Assembly (NCBI RefSeq): GCF_001194135.2
Contig: NC_068987.1
Location: forward strand, 101,483,356 to 101,537,263
Source of the DNA: Octopus bimaculoides
Taxonomy: Eukaryota
Direction of reading: 5' to 3'
Length of the DNA stretch: 53,908 nucleotides
Part shown: in pieces, positions 1 through 12,509 of the stretch
Numbering within the stretch: position 1 is the first letter of the stretch
Layout of the letters: each line of letters starts with the position of its first letter
Made by a program: the position numbers and the translations under genes
Notes under the pieces: generated by a model
What the model was told of the DNA's origin: nothing
The model's input: only the letters and a program-made list of their open reading frames with translations
Databases searched by the model: none

Positions 1-250
1 ATATATGTATACACCTATGTATATATATATATGTATATATATATGTATATATATATATATGTATATATAAATACATATATATACGTATACATGTATATAT
101 ACATATAATGTAATATATACATACATACATACATACATACATAAATATATATATATATATATATATATGCGCAAGTGTGCTGATACGTGTATATTTGTAT
201 GTGTGTGACTCTGTGTGTGTATGTTTGTGTGTGTGTGTGTGTATCTATCT
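1..250. repeat. Compound (TA)n/(TACA)n/(TG)n microsatellite
   Basis: Read directly from the sequence; the same compound type recurs throughout the window. Confidence 0.95.
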
Positions 251-297
251 ATGCATCTATATATGTATGTGTGTGTATGATATATGCGTCTCTGTAG

Positions 298-381
298 GCT
301 CTAAATAGTTGTTGTGGCCTCTGTTTGACTTTATCGGCTTCTGTTCTATTCTTGGTGTTTTCCTTGCTATTGTTTGTGTAA
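298..381 (+). CDS. Possible terminal coding exon with a GPI-signal-like hydrophobic C-terminus (speculative)
   Basis: ctctgtAG acceptor at 296-297. The phase-0 frame reads ALNSCCGLCLTLSASVLFLVFSLLLFV*; the other two frames stop at once. About 500 bp of unique sequence with AATAAA follows. Confidence 0.22.
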   Translation, partial: ALNSCCGLCLTLSASVLFLVFSLLLFV

Positions 382-1191
382 TCACCCTGATATAATTTGT
401 TTATCAAACCTGACATATACAACCATTGCAATATTGAATATATTACTGTGTTGCAATTGTTTATCGTCAGAAAGAAGCATCGCCAATGATCAGAATCCGA
501 ATGGTGATGTGGGAATACGTGTGTCAAATATGGGATTACATATGGTTTATGCGCTAAGTTCTAACCGTGCCTTATTATTTGTCTCGCTTGTTAATGCTAC
601 CCACTTTTGTATTTTTATAGAAAATCTGTGAAAATTCTGAGAGAGGGAGTTTATTTATGAAGATTGACTTAGCATATATTGGGATTGTAAGTGAAATAAA
701 TATTCTTTTGAAGGGGAAAAAAATTAATAAGCTGTTGTGTTTGTAACGGAAAGTTTTGGTCACCTTGTGGTTACCTTAGAAAACATTAGAGTAGATTGCT
801 GTTCACGCTGGTGGGAGTGATTTGAATGATGACCACTTGTTTGTGAAACGAAGCTCGTAACCATACGTCTGTCTGCGCTCACGTTTAAAATATAAAGGTG
901 TGTGTGTATGTATGTGTGTGTGTGTGTGTGTGTACATGCATACATATCTGTATATATACATACATACATACATACATATATATATATATATANNNNNNNN
1001 NNNNNNNNNNNNNNNNNNNNNNNNNNNNNNNNNNNNNNNNNNNNNNNNNNNNNNNNNNNNNNNNNNNNNNNNNNNNNNNNNNNNNNNNNNNNNNNNNNNN
1101 NNNNNNNNNNNNNNNNNNNNNNNNNNNNNNNNNNNNNNNNNNNNNNNNNNNNNNNNNNNNNNNNNNNNNNNNNNNNNNNNNNNNNNNNNNN

Positions 1192-1259
<68 letters not shown>

Positions 1260-2284
1260 TAGTATAGTATTTGCAAATGCCATTTAGTTGGGATAAGATG
1301 CAAAATAATAGCCTGTTTAATTTGTTGGGTCACTTTCATCTGTGTATCCATCGACTAAAGCTATCGTTTGTCCCTCGCTTCTGTCTGCTTCATTGCAAGG
1401 TTGTTTAACATCTCAATTGTGGGAAAAATTTGTTGATTTGAAAGTATAAGTGTTATCCTTAAAAAAGAAATGTTATAATAATTGTGATTTTCTCATAAAA
1501 CTTACCTTGTATATATATATATTTGCAATCACATGTAAGCGAAGTCAGCGGATAATGACCACCATGGTTCTGTGAATAAATGGATTGACCGATCCTGAAT
1601 CTCATGTTGTATTATAGGTGAAAGAAAGATAGAATCCCCATTGTGTGAGGAAACGGATCCTTTAGGATAAATGTTTTGCCATAAAAATAATTATGTATAT
1701 AACATAAACGATACAACAGGGCGAGATCAAAGCAAATAGATATACAAAACCACAGAATAGTAGAACCAACAAATAGCCAATAGATTGCCGAGGAATCGCA
1801 CGTGAATCGATTGTTTCGACATGCAATTTTGGTTCAGGCAAATACATCCACTTCCAAACCAATAAATGTACACAATTAGTTAGAAATAAGTTTCAAGAAG
1901 GTTCCTTTGTAGTTAAGTCAGCCGAGTTGTGCTAACTATTATGGCTTAATGTGAACGGAGCCAGCGGGTACAGGGAGCCATTAGGTTTAAGCAGTCAAAT
2001 ATCTCGAGATTTCCAGGTTTTCTGTCAGCTAACAATGCTTTAATATCTAACATCGTTTAAAGTGTTTTATATTGAGTTTCAGGTGATCCGACATTGAAGA
2101 GAATGGAGGATGCTATTATGACATTTGTACTTTCGTATACACCTACGTGCACATAAATATGTATATGCGTGTGTTTGTGCTTGTGTGTGTTTGTTTGTGT
2201 TCCTATCCAAGGTACATGTATATAGAAACACATGTAAGCGCGCTCTCACACACAAACACAAGCACAAACTCTCCCTCTCTCTCT

Positions 2285-2364
<80 letters not shown>

Positions 2365-2550
2365 TACACGCACACACAGACGCACACATGTACATGCGTT
2401 TCTGCGTGCACGCGCGTGTATGAGTCGATGTAAGCATGTATGTACGCATGGTTGGTAATAATTTTTGTCGCATAAAACTACAATGTTCCGAATACGCATT
2501 CGTAGAAAATGTTTTGATGATAATAACCACGTTTTTATTTATGTATCTGT

Positions 2551-2930
2551 GGAGGCGCAATGGCCCAGTGGTTAGGGCAGCGGACTCGCGGTCATAGGAT
2601 CACAGTTTCGATTCCCAGACAGGGCGTTGTGAGTGTTTATTGAGCGAAAACACCTAAAGCTCCACGTGGCTCTGGCAGCGGATGGTGGCGAACTCTGCTG
2701 TATTCTTCCACCACAGCTTTCTCTCACTCTTACTTCCGGTTTCTGTTGTGCCTGTAATTCAAAGGCTCAGCCTTGTCACACTGTGTCACGCTGAATATTC
2801 CCGAGAACTACGTTAAGGGTACACGTGTCTGTGGAGTGCTCAGCCACTTGCACATAATTTCACGAGCAGGCCGTTCCGTTGATCGGATCAACTGGAACCC
2901 TCAACGTCGTAAGCGACGGAGTGCCAACAA
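2551..2930 (+). mobile_element. tRNA(Arg-like)-derived SINE, family A, near full length
   Basis: A box TGGCCCAGTGG, TCG anticodon-like loop, B box GTTTCGATTCC, then a ~300 bp body matching the reverse complement of 39303-39647. Confidence 0.85.
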
Positions 2931-3249
2931 CATTTATGTATCTACATTTATGTCTGCATGACTGTATATATACACTTTTCATTATGCATGTTATTCCCAT
3001 GTGTACAACTACAACTTTATGCATACACACACACACACGCACGCGCACACACAAACACACACACACATATGCATGTATGATTTTTCATTGAGTTTTATTT
3101 AATTTCTTTTTAAGGGAGTCCGAGCCGGTCGCTAACAAAGTGACAAGACTTTTGTTGCTAAGAGATTTCCCGGTCTTTGTAAATATGTGGTTGATTCGGT
3201 GTGTTGGTTGAATTGTCGACGCATTTATTTACATAAGAATCTCACATAG

Positions 3250-4690
3250 AGACCTTTTGGAATGTGTTATTGTGCCACTAATGTCTTTATTGCTTTACTA
3301 ATAGACTGGATTTGGAAAATCTGCATCAGTTTCGTTTACTCTTTCATTGAGAAACCGAGTATTTCTACGTTTTTGTGTAAATTTGTTGCTATATAACTTA
3401 ATGAACCTATGATGTGAGGTACAAATGATAATTCGTATTGAGGGCACTAGAGCTGTAAGTTCCGCATTCACATTCACATTCACTGGGCAGCTGACCTCTA
3501 AAACAGTGCATGAGTTTTTTCCCTGTCAGGTATGTTATGTTTGCCCCAGTTTGCTGCTTTTATTGGAATGTTCCATTACGATTCCTTGTTTATAAAAGTG
3601 TGAATACCGGCTGGTTCTAACATGCCTTTGATATCAAGGAAATTCTTTCCTTCGGATAGCATTATAACTAGTTCTTGCAGCTATATCATGACTGAGGGAC
3701 ATGTATTATCTCATAGACAGTTTGGGCAGCTGCTGATGATATGGGTGATATGTTCCACACTACTATAGCAGAGCCGATATTTTTCATCAAAACGTAGAAA
3801 TTTAGTGGTATCTTTGTCCCACTTGTTTATCAGGTGTTTAATAGCTATCACATGGTCCTGGATAGCAAAATCATATCCTAAGAGGTGGAATGTAATGTAT
3901 CTGACACAGATCTAGGAGAGGCCACACTTCTTGTAAATGCAGTTAATATCATCTAGTTTACGAGACATGTACCCATGCATTGCTTTTAATTGGTATGATG
4001 CTTGCTTCTCTTCCAAGCTTCTGCGTAGATAGACCAGTCCAGCCTCCTTTGGGTCACATGAGACAATAGTATTTTCAGAGTAGCTGCTCAGCAGTCCTCC
4101 TCTAACTCTGCATTGTTAGTGGTTGCTTTTTTTTTTTTACATTGTTGGAGTGAAAAGGATTAAGATATTTTCAAATATGGAAAGGTCCAAATAAGGTAGG
4201 ATTAATGGGGTTGCCTCAGCCTTTATCCGATGCAATTAAGTTATTTAGGAAAGAATATATTAAGCCTACTTTGGTAAATTATTTTCCTTTTTAATTTGTC
4301 CATTTTTGAGCTTATTTTTTTGATTTGTTTTTGTGGATATCATATAATAGATATTTTTGTGTAGCGATGGGTGGGATATGAATGATGATATTTTTATGTA
4401 TTTCTAGAATTGGTGTTTATTCTGTTACGGAGGTAGGTTGGTTTTCTAATTCTAAATATGCTTTATTGGGATCGGTTCGTGCGGTTGCTCAAAGTATTGC
4501 TTATGAAGTAAGAATGTCTTTAATTTTAATGAGTTGTTTGTTGTTAGAGTTCTTGCTCTCACTTTTGAGTATGCGTGGAATGAACTCATTTCTTTCTTTA
4601 TTTTTCCAGCAGGCGTTGTCTCAGTGATACAATGCAATTTTTAAAGACCGCTTGGACTGACCTTGTGCCTCTACCGCCATCATTTCTTAC
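3250..4690 (-). mobile_element. Decayed R4/Dong-like non-LTR retrotransposon (RLE type), 3' half, interrupted by a NUMT
   Basis: Minus-strand fragments in the expected order, with stops and frameshifts: RNDGGRGTRSV (cf. RKEGGRGL), YQLKAMHGY (cf. KPLHGQ), GYDFAIQDHVI, a CCHC-like VEHITHIISSCP..HDIAA, WNIPIK..KHNIPD..EVSCP (PD-ExK nuclease-like), and GSLSYIATNLHKNVEILGF..QIQSISKAIKT. Confidence 0.7.
4112..4547 (+). pseudogene. ND1: NUMT: nuclear copy of mitochondrial NADH dehydrogenase subunit 1 (5' half)
   Basis: In the invertebrate mitochondrial code: VAFF..TLLE(W)KGLSYFQM(W)[37 protein letters not shown] ... [49 protein letters not shown]. These are hallmark ND1 motifs, with frameshifts at poly-T runs. 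Confidence 0.93.
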
Positions 4691-4869
4691 CATATGTATG
4701 CATGTATATGTATGTATGTATATATGTATGTGTGTGTGTGTGCTTGTGTGTGTGCGTGTGTGTGTGTGTGCGTGTAGTCCAGGTAAATTTCTCTCTCATA
4801 CGTAATTAATGTGTGAAAGGCATAATAGGAATTTTGAAAGAAACCGCTATAAAAGTATTTTTCAAACTT

Positions 4870-4950
4870 CGGGTGGCGATGGGGATCCACCAGAGTACAA
4901 TAGTCGCCAGAGAGGTCCAACAGTAAAAATATGGTTGAGGACCACTACTC
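4870..4950 (-). mobile_element. Possible hAT/Charlie-type MITE terminus
   Basis: The minus strand reads agtggtcctcaaccatattttt..ggacc, resembling CAGTGGTTCTCAAC hAT ends; no partner TIR found. Confidence 0.25.
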
Positions 4951-5956
4951 TAGCACGTACTCAGATAAACTTATCACAATTTGCGCATGCGGGGCCATCT
5001 CTCAAGCACGTATTTCTCAAGTTTCTTCTATGTAAATGAATGACCTATTTGCCGTCAACACCAACAACGCTCACTCCTATACATTCCACACTCCTTTTAG
5101 TTTTTGCCTAATTTTTTCACACATGTACCATTCACATATCCTACACAACTCGCGTCAAACATGCGCTACTTCTAGGAACGTAGATCTCAAAAACTTTCTT
5201 AAATAACAACTCAATAACTTTGAGTCCTCCACCAGCACAAAGGTACAAGCAGTCCACATACTAAAACGACAATCTCGTACTATAATTTGACTTGTTTTGG
5301 ATAACCCTGAGATAAAGCTCTTAAGATAACTGCAATAGCTAGGTTTCGCATTTGCTAAAGGTTTCTCAATGTTAGCTAATTCCGAAACAGTAAAAAGCTG
5401 TTTTCCAAAGACTATGTTTCCTAATCAGGGCTAGGAAATACTCCAGACGTGAACATTAATTAACTCTTTGCAAAGATCGCTTGAGGGCCACTATAGAATA
5501 TAGATCCCATATATATATATATATATATATATATANNNNNNNNNNNNNNNNNNNNNNNNNNNNNNNNNNNNNNNNNNNNNNNNNNNNNNNNNNNNNNNNN
5601 NNNNNNNNNNNNNNNNNNNNNNNNNNNNNNNNNNNNNNNNNNNNNNNNNNNNNNNNNNNNNNNNNNNNNNNNNNNNNNNNNNNNNNNNNNNNNNNNNNNN
5701 NNNNNNNNNNNNNNNNNNNNNNNNNNNNNNNNNNNNNNNNNNNNNNNNNNNNNNNNNNNNNNNNNNNNNNNNNNNNNNNNNNNNNNNNNNNNNNNNNNNN
5801 NNNNNNNNNNNNNNNNNNNNNNNNNNNNNNNNNNNNNNNNNNNNNNNNNNNNNNNNNNNNNNNNNNACATCATAGCCCTATGTTAGTTCAATCGATTCTG
5901 TCTGTGTACAGTTCATAAATTAATCATAATAAATAATGTTGAAAATAAAAATAGTA

Positions 5957-6026
<70 letters not shown>

Positions 6027-6044
6027 CAATTTTTTCCAAAGTTA

Positions 6045-6240
6045 CAAAGTCAGAAATTTGTAGAGTTGGTACACTCAATTATATCGACTCCAATACTTGG
6101 CTGTTGCATAATTTTATCGATCCCCGAAGGATGAAAGACAAAACAACTATTGGTGACCTTTAAACTCAACAAGTGAAGAGCAATAATGAATACCGCAAGG
6201 CATTTTGCACAATGCTTTAACAACTCTGCCAAACCACAAA
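6045..6240 (-). mobile_element. Degenerate SINE, family B
   Basis: atcgatccccgaaggatgaaagacaaa core, preceded on the plus strand by an (AAT)n tract; similar to the intact copy at 23559. Confidence 0.6.
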
Positions 6241-6576
6241 AATAATATATTAGGCTGATATAATTGACTAAACCATGATACAAATCATTTCTGAAAGAAA
6301 CGCTGGCACGTTGAATCTAATTTCCAGATTGTTCCTACTGACTTGTATATAATAGAAAAATATTAGACCTGTACTTTCCGCATTGATGATAAATAAATGT
6401 ATTAAATAGTCTATTTTGATTTGATGGCATTGCTAGTGATGTGCACATGTACACAGAGAAATGGTGAATATGTATACAAGAACGCCAGATATGACGCCAT
6501 CAATGCATTTCTATTCTATGCAGAGTCAATAATAATATTTCACACTGCATTACGTGCATAAATACCCCCACCACAC

Positions 6577-6618
<42 letters not shown>

Positions 6619-7712
6619 NNNNNNNNNNNNNNNNNNNNNNNNNNNNNNNNNNNNNNNNNNNNNNNNNNNNNNNNNNNNNNNNNNNNNNNNNNNNNNNNNN
6701 NNNNNNNNNNNNNNNNNNNNNNNNNNNNNNNNNNNNNNNNNNNNNNNNNNNNNNNNNNNNNNNNNNNNNNNNNNNNNNTATATATATATTTATATATACA
6801 CCATACAAACATATACATTCGGCTGTCTCAGAAAGACAATTTTGAGCTTATCATGTCAGTGTAGCTTTTATTGATAGATATATATTCCCAAATAATTTAT
6901 CGTGGATCTACAAACAGTTGTATAAGGCGTTGTATAAACAGTCTGACTAACAGAATATATATGTTTCTAATAAGGCAAAGCCAAACTGCTTTAAATATGG
7001 AGCCTATATTGGTCATTTGTTGTCTTCTGGGGTTTTTTATTGTGTGTGTTGTGTGTGCGTGTGTGTATATGTTCATTAATTTGTCATTTTATATGTAATG
7101 CGTGGTGAAGTTGGTAGCGCACCCGATAAAGATGTTTTGTTCAGATGTTTATTTGCATCCATTTTTTGTCTGAGTTCAAATCCATTTAGAGATATACTTA
7201 GTCCAGGAACAGAGCCCGTTTCTAGAGACCGAACTTGCAAATGGGTTATTCAGTCAAATTCTACAAACGCAACAGTAGTAATTGCAAAATACTACCTCAC
7301 AAGCACAATGCGCCTGTTGATTGGAAACCGTTCTAATCCATTCGAAATATGAAGCAGGCGAAATGAAAGAAAATGTTTCTTTATGACAAATGATCCTTTG
7401 TTGAGTTGAGAAGAACATGTCAGATAATGCTATACTGGATAGTAATGGCAGAAGTGCCTTTGATTATAGGTCACCAAAGTCAGAGCTCACTTGAGGATAA
7501 ATAACAATGGCTACCCACCTCTACACATTATACTCGGGACAACACGCTGTTTTGAGCTTTGCTATTAACAGTTACAACGATGTAATTTATAATTATACGC
7601 TATAGTATGACACTTTAATCATTACATTATATGTCTATATTATTCTGTATTCTGTTACTAAGATTGCTGCATGGATGCCAATATTATTATTATATTATAT
7701 GATATTACATTA

Positions 7713-7925
7713 GAGGTGGTGGCTGGCAGAAACCTTAGCAAGTCGAACAAAATGGTTAACAGCATTTCTTCAGACTCTTCACGTTTCATGTTTCGCCGAG
7801 GTTAACTTCACCTTTCATCCTTTCTGGATCGATGAAATAAAGAACCAGTTCAGTAGTGAAGTAGATATAATCGATTTATTCTCTTCCTTCAAAATTGCTG
7901 GACTTGTGCGAAAATAGAAATAATT
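7713..7925 (+). mobile_element. Degenerate SINE, family B
   Basis: ggctggcagaaaccttagc head and gccgaggttaacttcacctttcatcctttctggatcgatgaaataa core. Confidence 0.65.
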
Positions 7926-9604
7926 ATACTACATTGCATTACATTTCTAGAAACGAACTGGCAGAATGATTGGAATGTCGGATAGAAAAAAAATATGTAA
8001 TATTTGTTTCAGCTCTCAACGCAATGATTCGGGTTCTTGCAGAGATCATATTTTCGGACTCGATAAATGAAGCAGTAGTCAGAATAATGGATCAATGGAA
8101 TTGTTAGTTAAATCGTCTGCCCCGAGCTTTTGTTTTCACCTCATCACTTTCTGAGTTCAAATTCGCCAGGTTATTATATTTCTAGTAACAGTAGGTTTAT
8201 AACGAAATATTGGCAAAAAGGAGAAAGTAAAAGAAAGGAAACATCAATTAACTGACGCTAGGATTTTCACACATGCACAAACAGACGTGTGTGTGCGTGT
8301 ATGTATATGTGTGTATGTTTGTGCTTGTGTGTGGGTGTGCATATGTATGTGCGTGTGTATCTGTGTTTTCACACACACACACACACACACACGCATATAT
8401 ATATGTATATGTATGTATATATANNNNNNNNNNNNNNNNNNNNNNNNNNNNNNNNNNNNNNNNNNNNNNNNNNNNNNNNNNNNNNNNNNNNNNNNNNNNN
8501 NNNNNNNNNNNNNNNNNNNNNNNNNNNNNNNNNNNNNNNNNNNNNNNNNNNNNNNNNNNNNNNNNNNNNNNNNNNNNNNNNNNNNNNNNNNNNNNNNNNN
8601 NNNNNNNNNNNNNNNNNNNNNNNNNNNNNNNNNNNNNNNNNNNNNNNNNNNNNNNNNNNNNNNNNNNNNNNNNNNNNNNNNNNNNNNNNNNNNNNNNNNN
8701 NNNNNNNNNNNNNNNNNNNNNNNNNNNNNNNNNNNNNNNNNNNNNNNNNNNNNNNNNNNNNNNNNNNNNNNNNNNNNNNNNNNNNNNNNNNNNNNNNNNN
8801 NNNNNNNNNNNNNNNNNNNNNNNNNNNNNNNNNNNNNNNNNNNNNNNNNNNNNNNNNNNNNNNNNNNNNNNNNNNNNNNNNNNNNNNNNNNNNNNNNNNN
8901 NNNNNNNNNNNNNNNNNNNNNNNNNNNNNNNNNNNNNNNNNNNNNNNNNNNNNNNNNNNNNNNNNNNNNNNNNNNNNNNNNNNNNNNNNNNNNNNNNNNN
9001 NNNNNNNNNNNNNNNNNNNNNNNNNNNNNNNNNNNNNNNNNNNNNNNNNNNNNNNNNNNNNNNNNNNNNNNNNNNNNNNNNNNNNNNNNNNNNNNNNNNN
9101 NNNNNNNNNNNNNNNNNNNNNNNNNNNNNNNNNNNNNNNNNNNNNNNNNNNNNNNNNNNNNNNNNNNNNNNNNNNNNNNNNNNNNNNNNNNNNNNNNNNN
9201 NNNNNNNNNNNNNNNNNNNNNNNNNNNNNNNNNNNNNNNNNNNNNNNNNNNNNNNNNNNNNNNNNNNNNNNNNNNNNNNNNNNNNNNNNNNNNNNNNNNN
9301 NNNNNNNNNNNNNNNNNNNNNNNNNNNNNNNNNNNNNNNNNNNNNNNNNNNNNNNNNNNNGATATATGTATGTGTGTATGTATGAACGTATGTATGTAAA
9401 TATATACATATATGTATGCATATCTATATATGTTTAGGTATATATATGTTTGTATATATGTATAAATATATATACATATATGTTTCTCTCTCACTCATTC
9501 TCTTTCTCTCTGTCTCTTTATATATGCATATGCATACACATTCATACACACATACATATACACACATATACACACATGCACATATACATACATACATACA
9601 TACA

Positions 9605-9635
<31 letters not shown>

Positions 9636-9647
9636 GTACGTACGTAC

Positions 9648-10019
9648 CATGTATTGTATATTTTCCAAGACAGAGAAACTTTCTGACATGCATGGTAGAA
9701 CTAAAATTACGACAGGGGTCAGAGTTTAAGGCAGCCGTAGAATTCCACTCAATCGAAGAATTCAAGTCATCTTTAGTTCTTCTACGGACCAAACGTTCTA
9801 TAGAAATGCGATTCTGATTTACATCCCGGGAAGTATTGTTCGCATTTGTTATTTTAGTATCGTTACATTTATTAAGATCGCTAACTGACACTTGAATGAA
9901 ATGAACGCTTGCATTGCGAGCCGTGCTACCACCACAATGACTGTTGCCAACATCATGAATAAACAACAAAAGTGAGCAACAGCCGAAGTTAGAAATCAGA
10001 ATAAACAGCAATGTTAGGA
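9648..10019 (-). CDS. Candidate internal coding exon of a secreted or membrane glycoprotein (unidentified)
   Basis: 372-nt stop-free frame between a ctttgttataCAG acceptor and an ATG|GTACGT donor (phase 1-1). It encodes LTLLFILISNFGCCSLLLFIHDVG...RLVRRRTKDDLNSSIEWNSTAALNSDPCRNFSSTMHVRKFLCLGKYTIH, with 7 N-X-S/T sequons, in non-repetitive DNA. Confidence 0.5.
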
Positions 10020-10334
10020 CTGTATAACAAAGGCATTGTAAAAGAGCGGTTGTATAAAATTCTGATCTCCTTTATGGATTATGGACATGCGTGATATTGC
10101 GTACACCCGCGTTAGTAAAAATTACCCGACTCTACAGGTATAATAATGAGTTTGTATATGTTATGTATATGTAAATAAGTTTGTGTGTAAGCAAGTGTGA
10201 GTGTGTATGTACGAATGTGTGTGCGAGTGTGTATGAGTGTATATGTGTGTGAGGATGTATATAGAATAATCTGTCGGTGCTGTGTGTGAAATAATTTGAT
10301 TAGCCTATACCATGGATAGATTTAAAGCAAACTA

Positions 10335-10615
10335 GGCGTGGTTGAGTGGTAAGAAGCTGGCTACTCAACCACATGGTTTCGGGCTCAGTCTCACTGCGTA
10401 GCACCTTGGGCAAGTGGTCTTCTTCTATAGCCTCGGGCCGACCAAAGCCTTGTGAGTGGATCCGGTAGACGGAAACTGAAAGAAGCTCATGGTGTATATA
10501 TATGTGTGTGTGCGTGTCTGTGTGTTTGTTTCTGTGTGTTTCTGTGTGTGTCTGTGTTTCTCCCCCACTACCACTGCATGACAACCGGTGCCGGTATGTT
10601 TACATCCCTGTAACT
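10335..10615 (+). mobile_element. tRNA-derived SINE, family C (internal microsatellite), 3'-truncated
   Basis: ggcgtggttgagtggtaag head, gcaccttgggcaag..gccgaccaaagccttgtgagtgga body, internal (TG)n; homologous to the reverse complements at 25762, 34494, 35400 and 38797. Confidence 0.85.
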
Positions 10616-11237
10616 CGCATGTGTATGTATCGCCGCATCTAAAGTCTAAACTAAACAGTCGTATGCATAAAAAGCAAACAAGAAAAATCAAGGTTAAATA
10701 AAACAAAATAATTAATAAATAAAGAAATGCACAAAAAACATCACCAGAACAAATAAAACAATAGACATAAACACACACACACACAAGTCACAATCAAACA
10801 TACATACAAAAACATTTACATGTGTGTGTGTATGTGTGTGCGTGCGTGTGCGTGCGTGTGCGTATGTGTATGTCATATATATATATATGTATGTATATAT
10901 ATCCCCAATCCCACAAAAAACAATCTGACATAGAAATCAAACCAAAAACTATCCCAAGCCATAAATGAAAATCAGAATTCTTTTATTAGCAGATGGTTTA
11001 TTTAGCTGTAACAGGAAGCATCTATCTTGAATTGGTAATAGAACTGGCATGTAACAAGACTCATCAGGCTGGACTACAGGAAATTACTGAGATCAACAGA
11101 AATGCTAGCAGATAGAATGATCCAATTTAAAGATATAGGAAATTGCAAAAGAATTTCAACCAAACAGGCTATTTATTGGTTATACTGTCATTTTGAAGTT
11201 GGGTTTGTAATGCGTATATGGATATACGTGTGTAATC

Positions 11238-11276
<39 letters not shown>

Positions 11277-11399
11277 TCGTGCATGCGTGTGTGTGCGTGT
11301 GTACAGATGTATGGGCGTGTTGACTTTGTGTCAGCGTGTATGTAAATATGCAAACGTATGTTTATATACAGTACATACATACATATGCATACATACACA

Positions 11400-11440
<41 letters not shown>

Positions 11441-11725
11441 NNNNNNNNNNNNNNNNNNNNNNNNNNNNNNNNNNNNNNNNNNNNNNNNNNNNNNNNNNNN
11501 NNNNNNNNNNNNNNNNNNNNNNNNNNNNNNNNNNNNNNNNNNNNNNNNNNNNNNNNNNNNNNNNNNNNNNNNNNNNNNNNNNNNNNNNNNNNNNNNNNNN
11601 NNNNNNNNNNNNNNNNNNNNNNNNNNNNNNNNNNNNNNNNNNNNNNNNNNNNNNNNNNNNNNNNNNNNNNNNNNNNNNNNNNNNNNNNNNNNNNNNNNNN
11701 NNNNNNNNNNNNNNNNNNNNNNNNN

Positions 11726-11765
<40 letters not shown>

Positions 11766-12054
11766 ACAAATATATATATATATATGCATATACACACATA
11801 TATACATCTACGTTTGTGTGTTTACAAACACACATACATCTATATACAAATAGCTACCTACATACACACTTGCATGCTTATACAGATAATTGTGCGTGTG
11901 TTTGTAAATATGTGTATGTGTGTGTGTTTGTGTATGTGCGTGTGTATGTAACTGTATATATGTACTTTCTAATACATTCATTCACTTGATTATTTCCTTT
12001 CATTTATAAAGACGCGTCCTACTAATATATATTACATACACGTATATATATCTT

Positions 12055-12094
<40 letters not shown>

Positions 12095-12345
12095 TGCACA
12101 CATACAAGTAAACACACAAACACACAAACATAGTTATGTATATGAATATGTATGAGTTTTCCATGGTTATTTGTACTTAAAACATTGTATTAAACAAATA
12201 GACGATTATTCGGCTTACGATTAGAAATTTGTACACATTCATACATTTGTGACAACGTTCATATAGAAACAGTCACTTTCGTAAGTACACACACGTTTAC
12301 ATAAATACAAGCATTCATATACACATGCACACACACACGTTTATT

Positions 12346-12409
<64 letters not shown>

Positions 12410-12435
12410 CATACATACATACATACATACATACA

Positions 12436-12467
<32 letters not shown>

Positions 12468-12509
12468 CGTACATCATTAAAATAAGAAAAGAAAATATAT
12501 ATTGTATAA

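Noticed and set aside
1590-2160. AG|G acceptor-like sites at ~1617 and ~2082 followed by short frames, and the minus-strand hydrophobic ORF 1662-1862
   Set aside because: All stop within 17-66 codons, have no convincing donor or homology, and cannot be told from chance.
2551-2625. tRNA gene (likewise the other A/B-box heads)
   Set aside because: No proper acceptor stem or terminator; it continues into a SINE body that is repeated elsewhere in the window.
4382-4627. 81-aa ORF as a functional nuclear ND1-like gene
   Set aside because: It is part of a frameshifted NUMT reading through into LINE sequence.
4687-4920. 77-aa ORF DLSGDYCTLVDPHRHPKFEKYF..
   Set aside because: It overlaps a probable hAT MITE end and runs into a microsatellite; no splice support.
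5936-6030. Regularly spaced short repeats as a CRISPR array (anywhere in the window)
   Set aside because: Only microsatellites and dispersed SINEs are present; no repeat-spacer periodicity, no cas genes, eukaryotic context.
8244-9494. Long ORFs spanning N runs (also at 803-1351, 11180-11951, 26294-26999, 30817-32626, 34604-35070, 36217-36705)
   Set aside because: They are open only because Ns and dinucleotide or trinucleotide repeats contain no stops.
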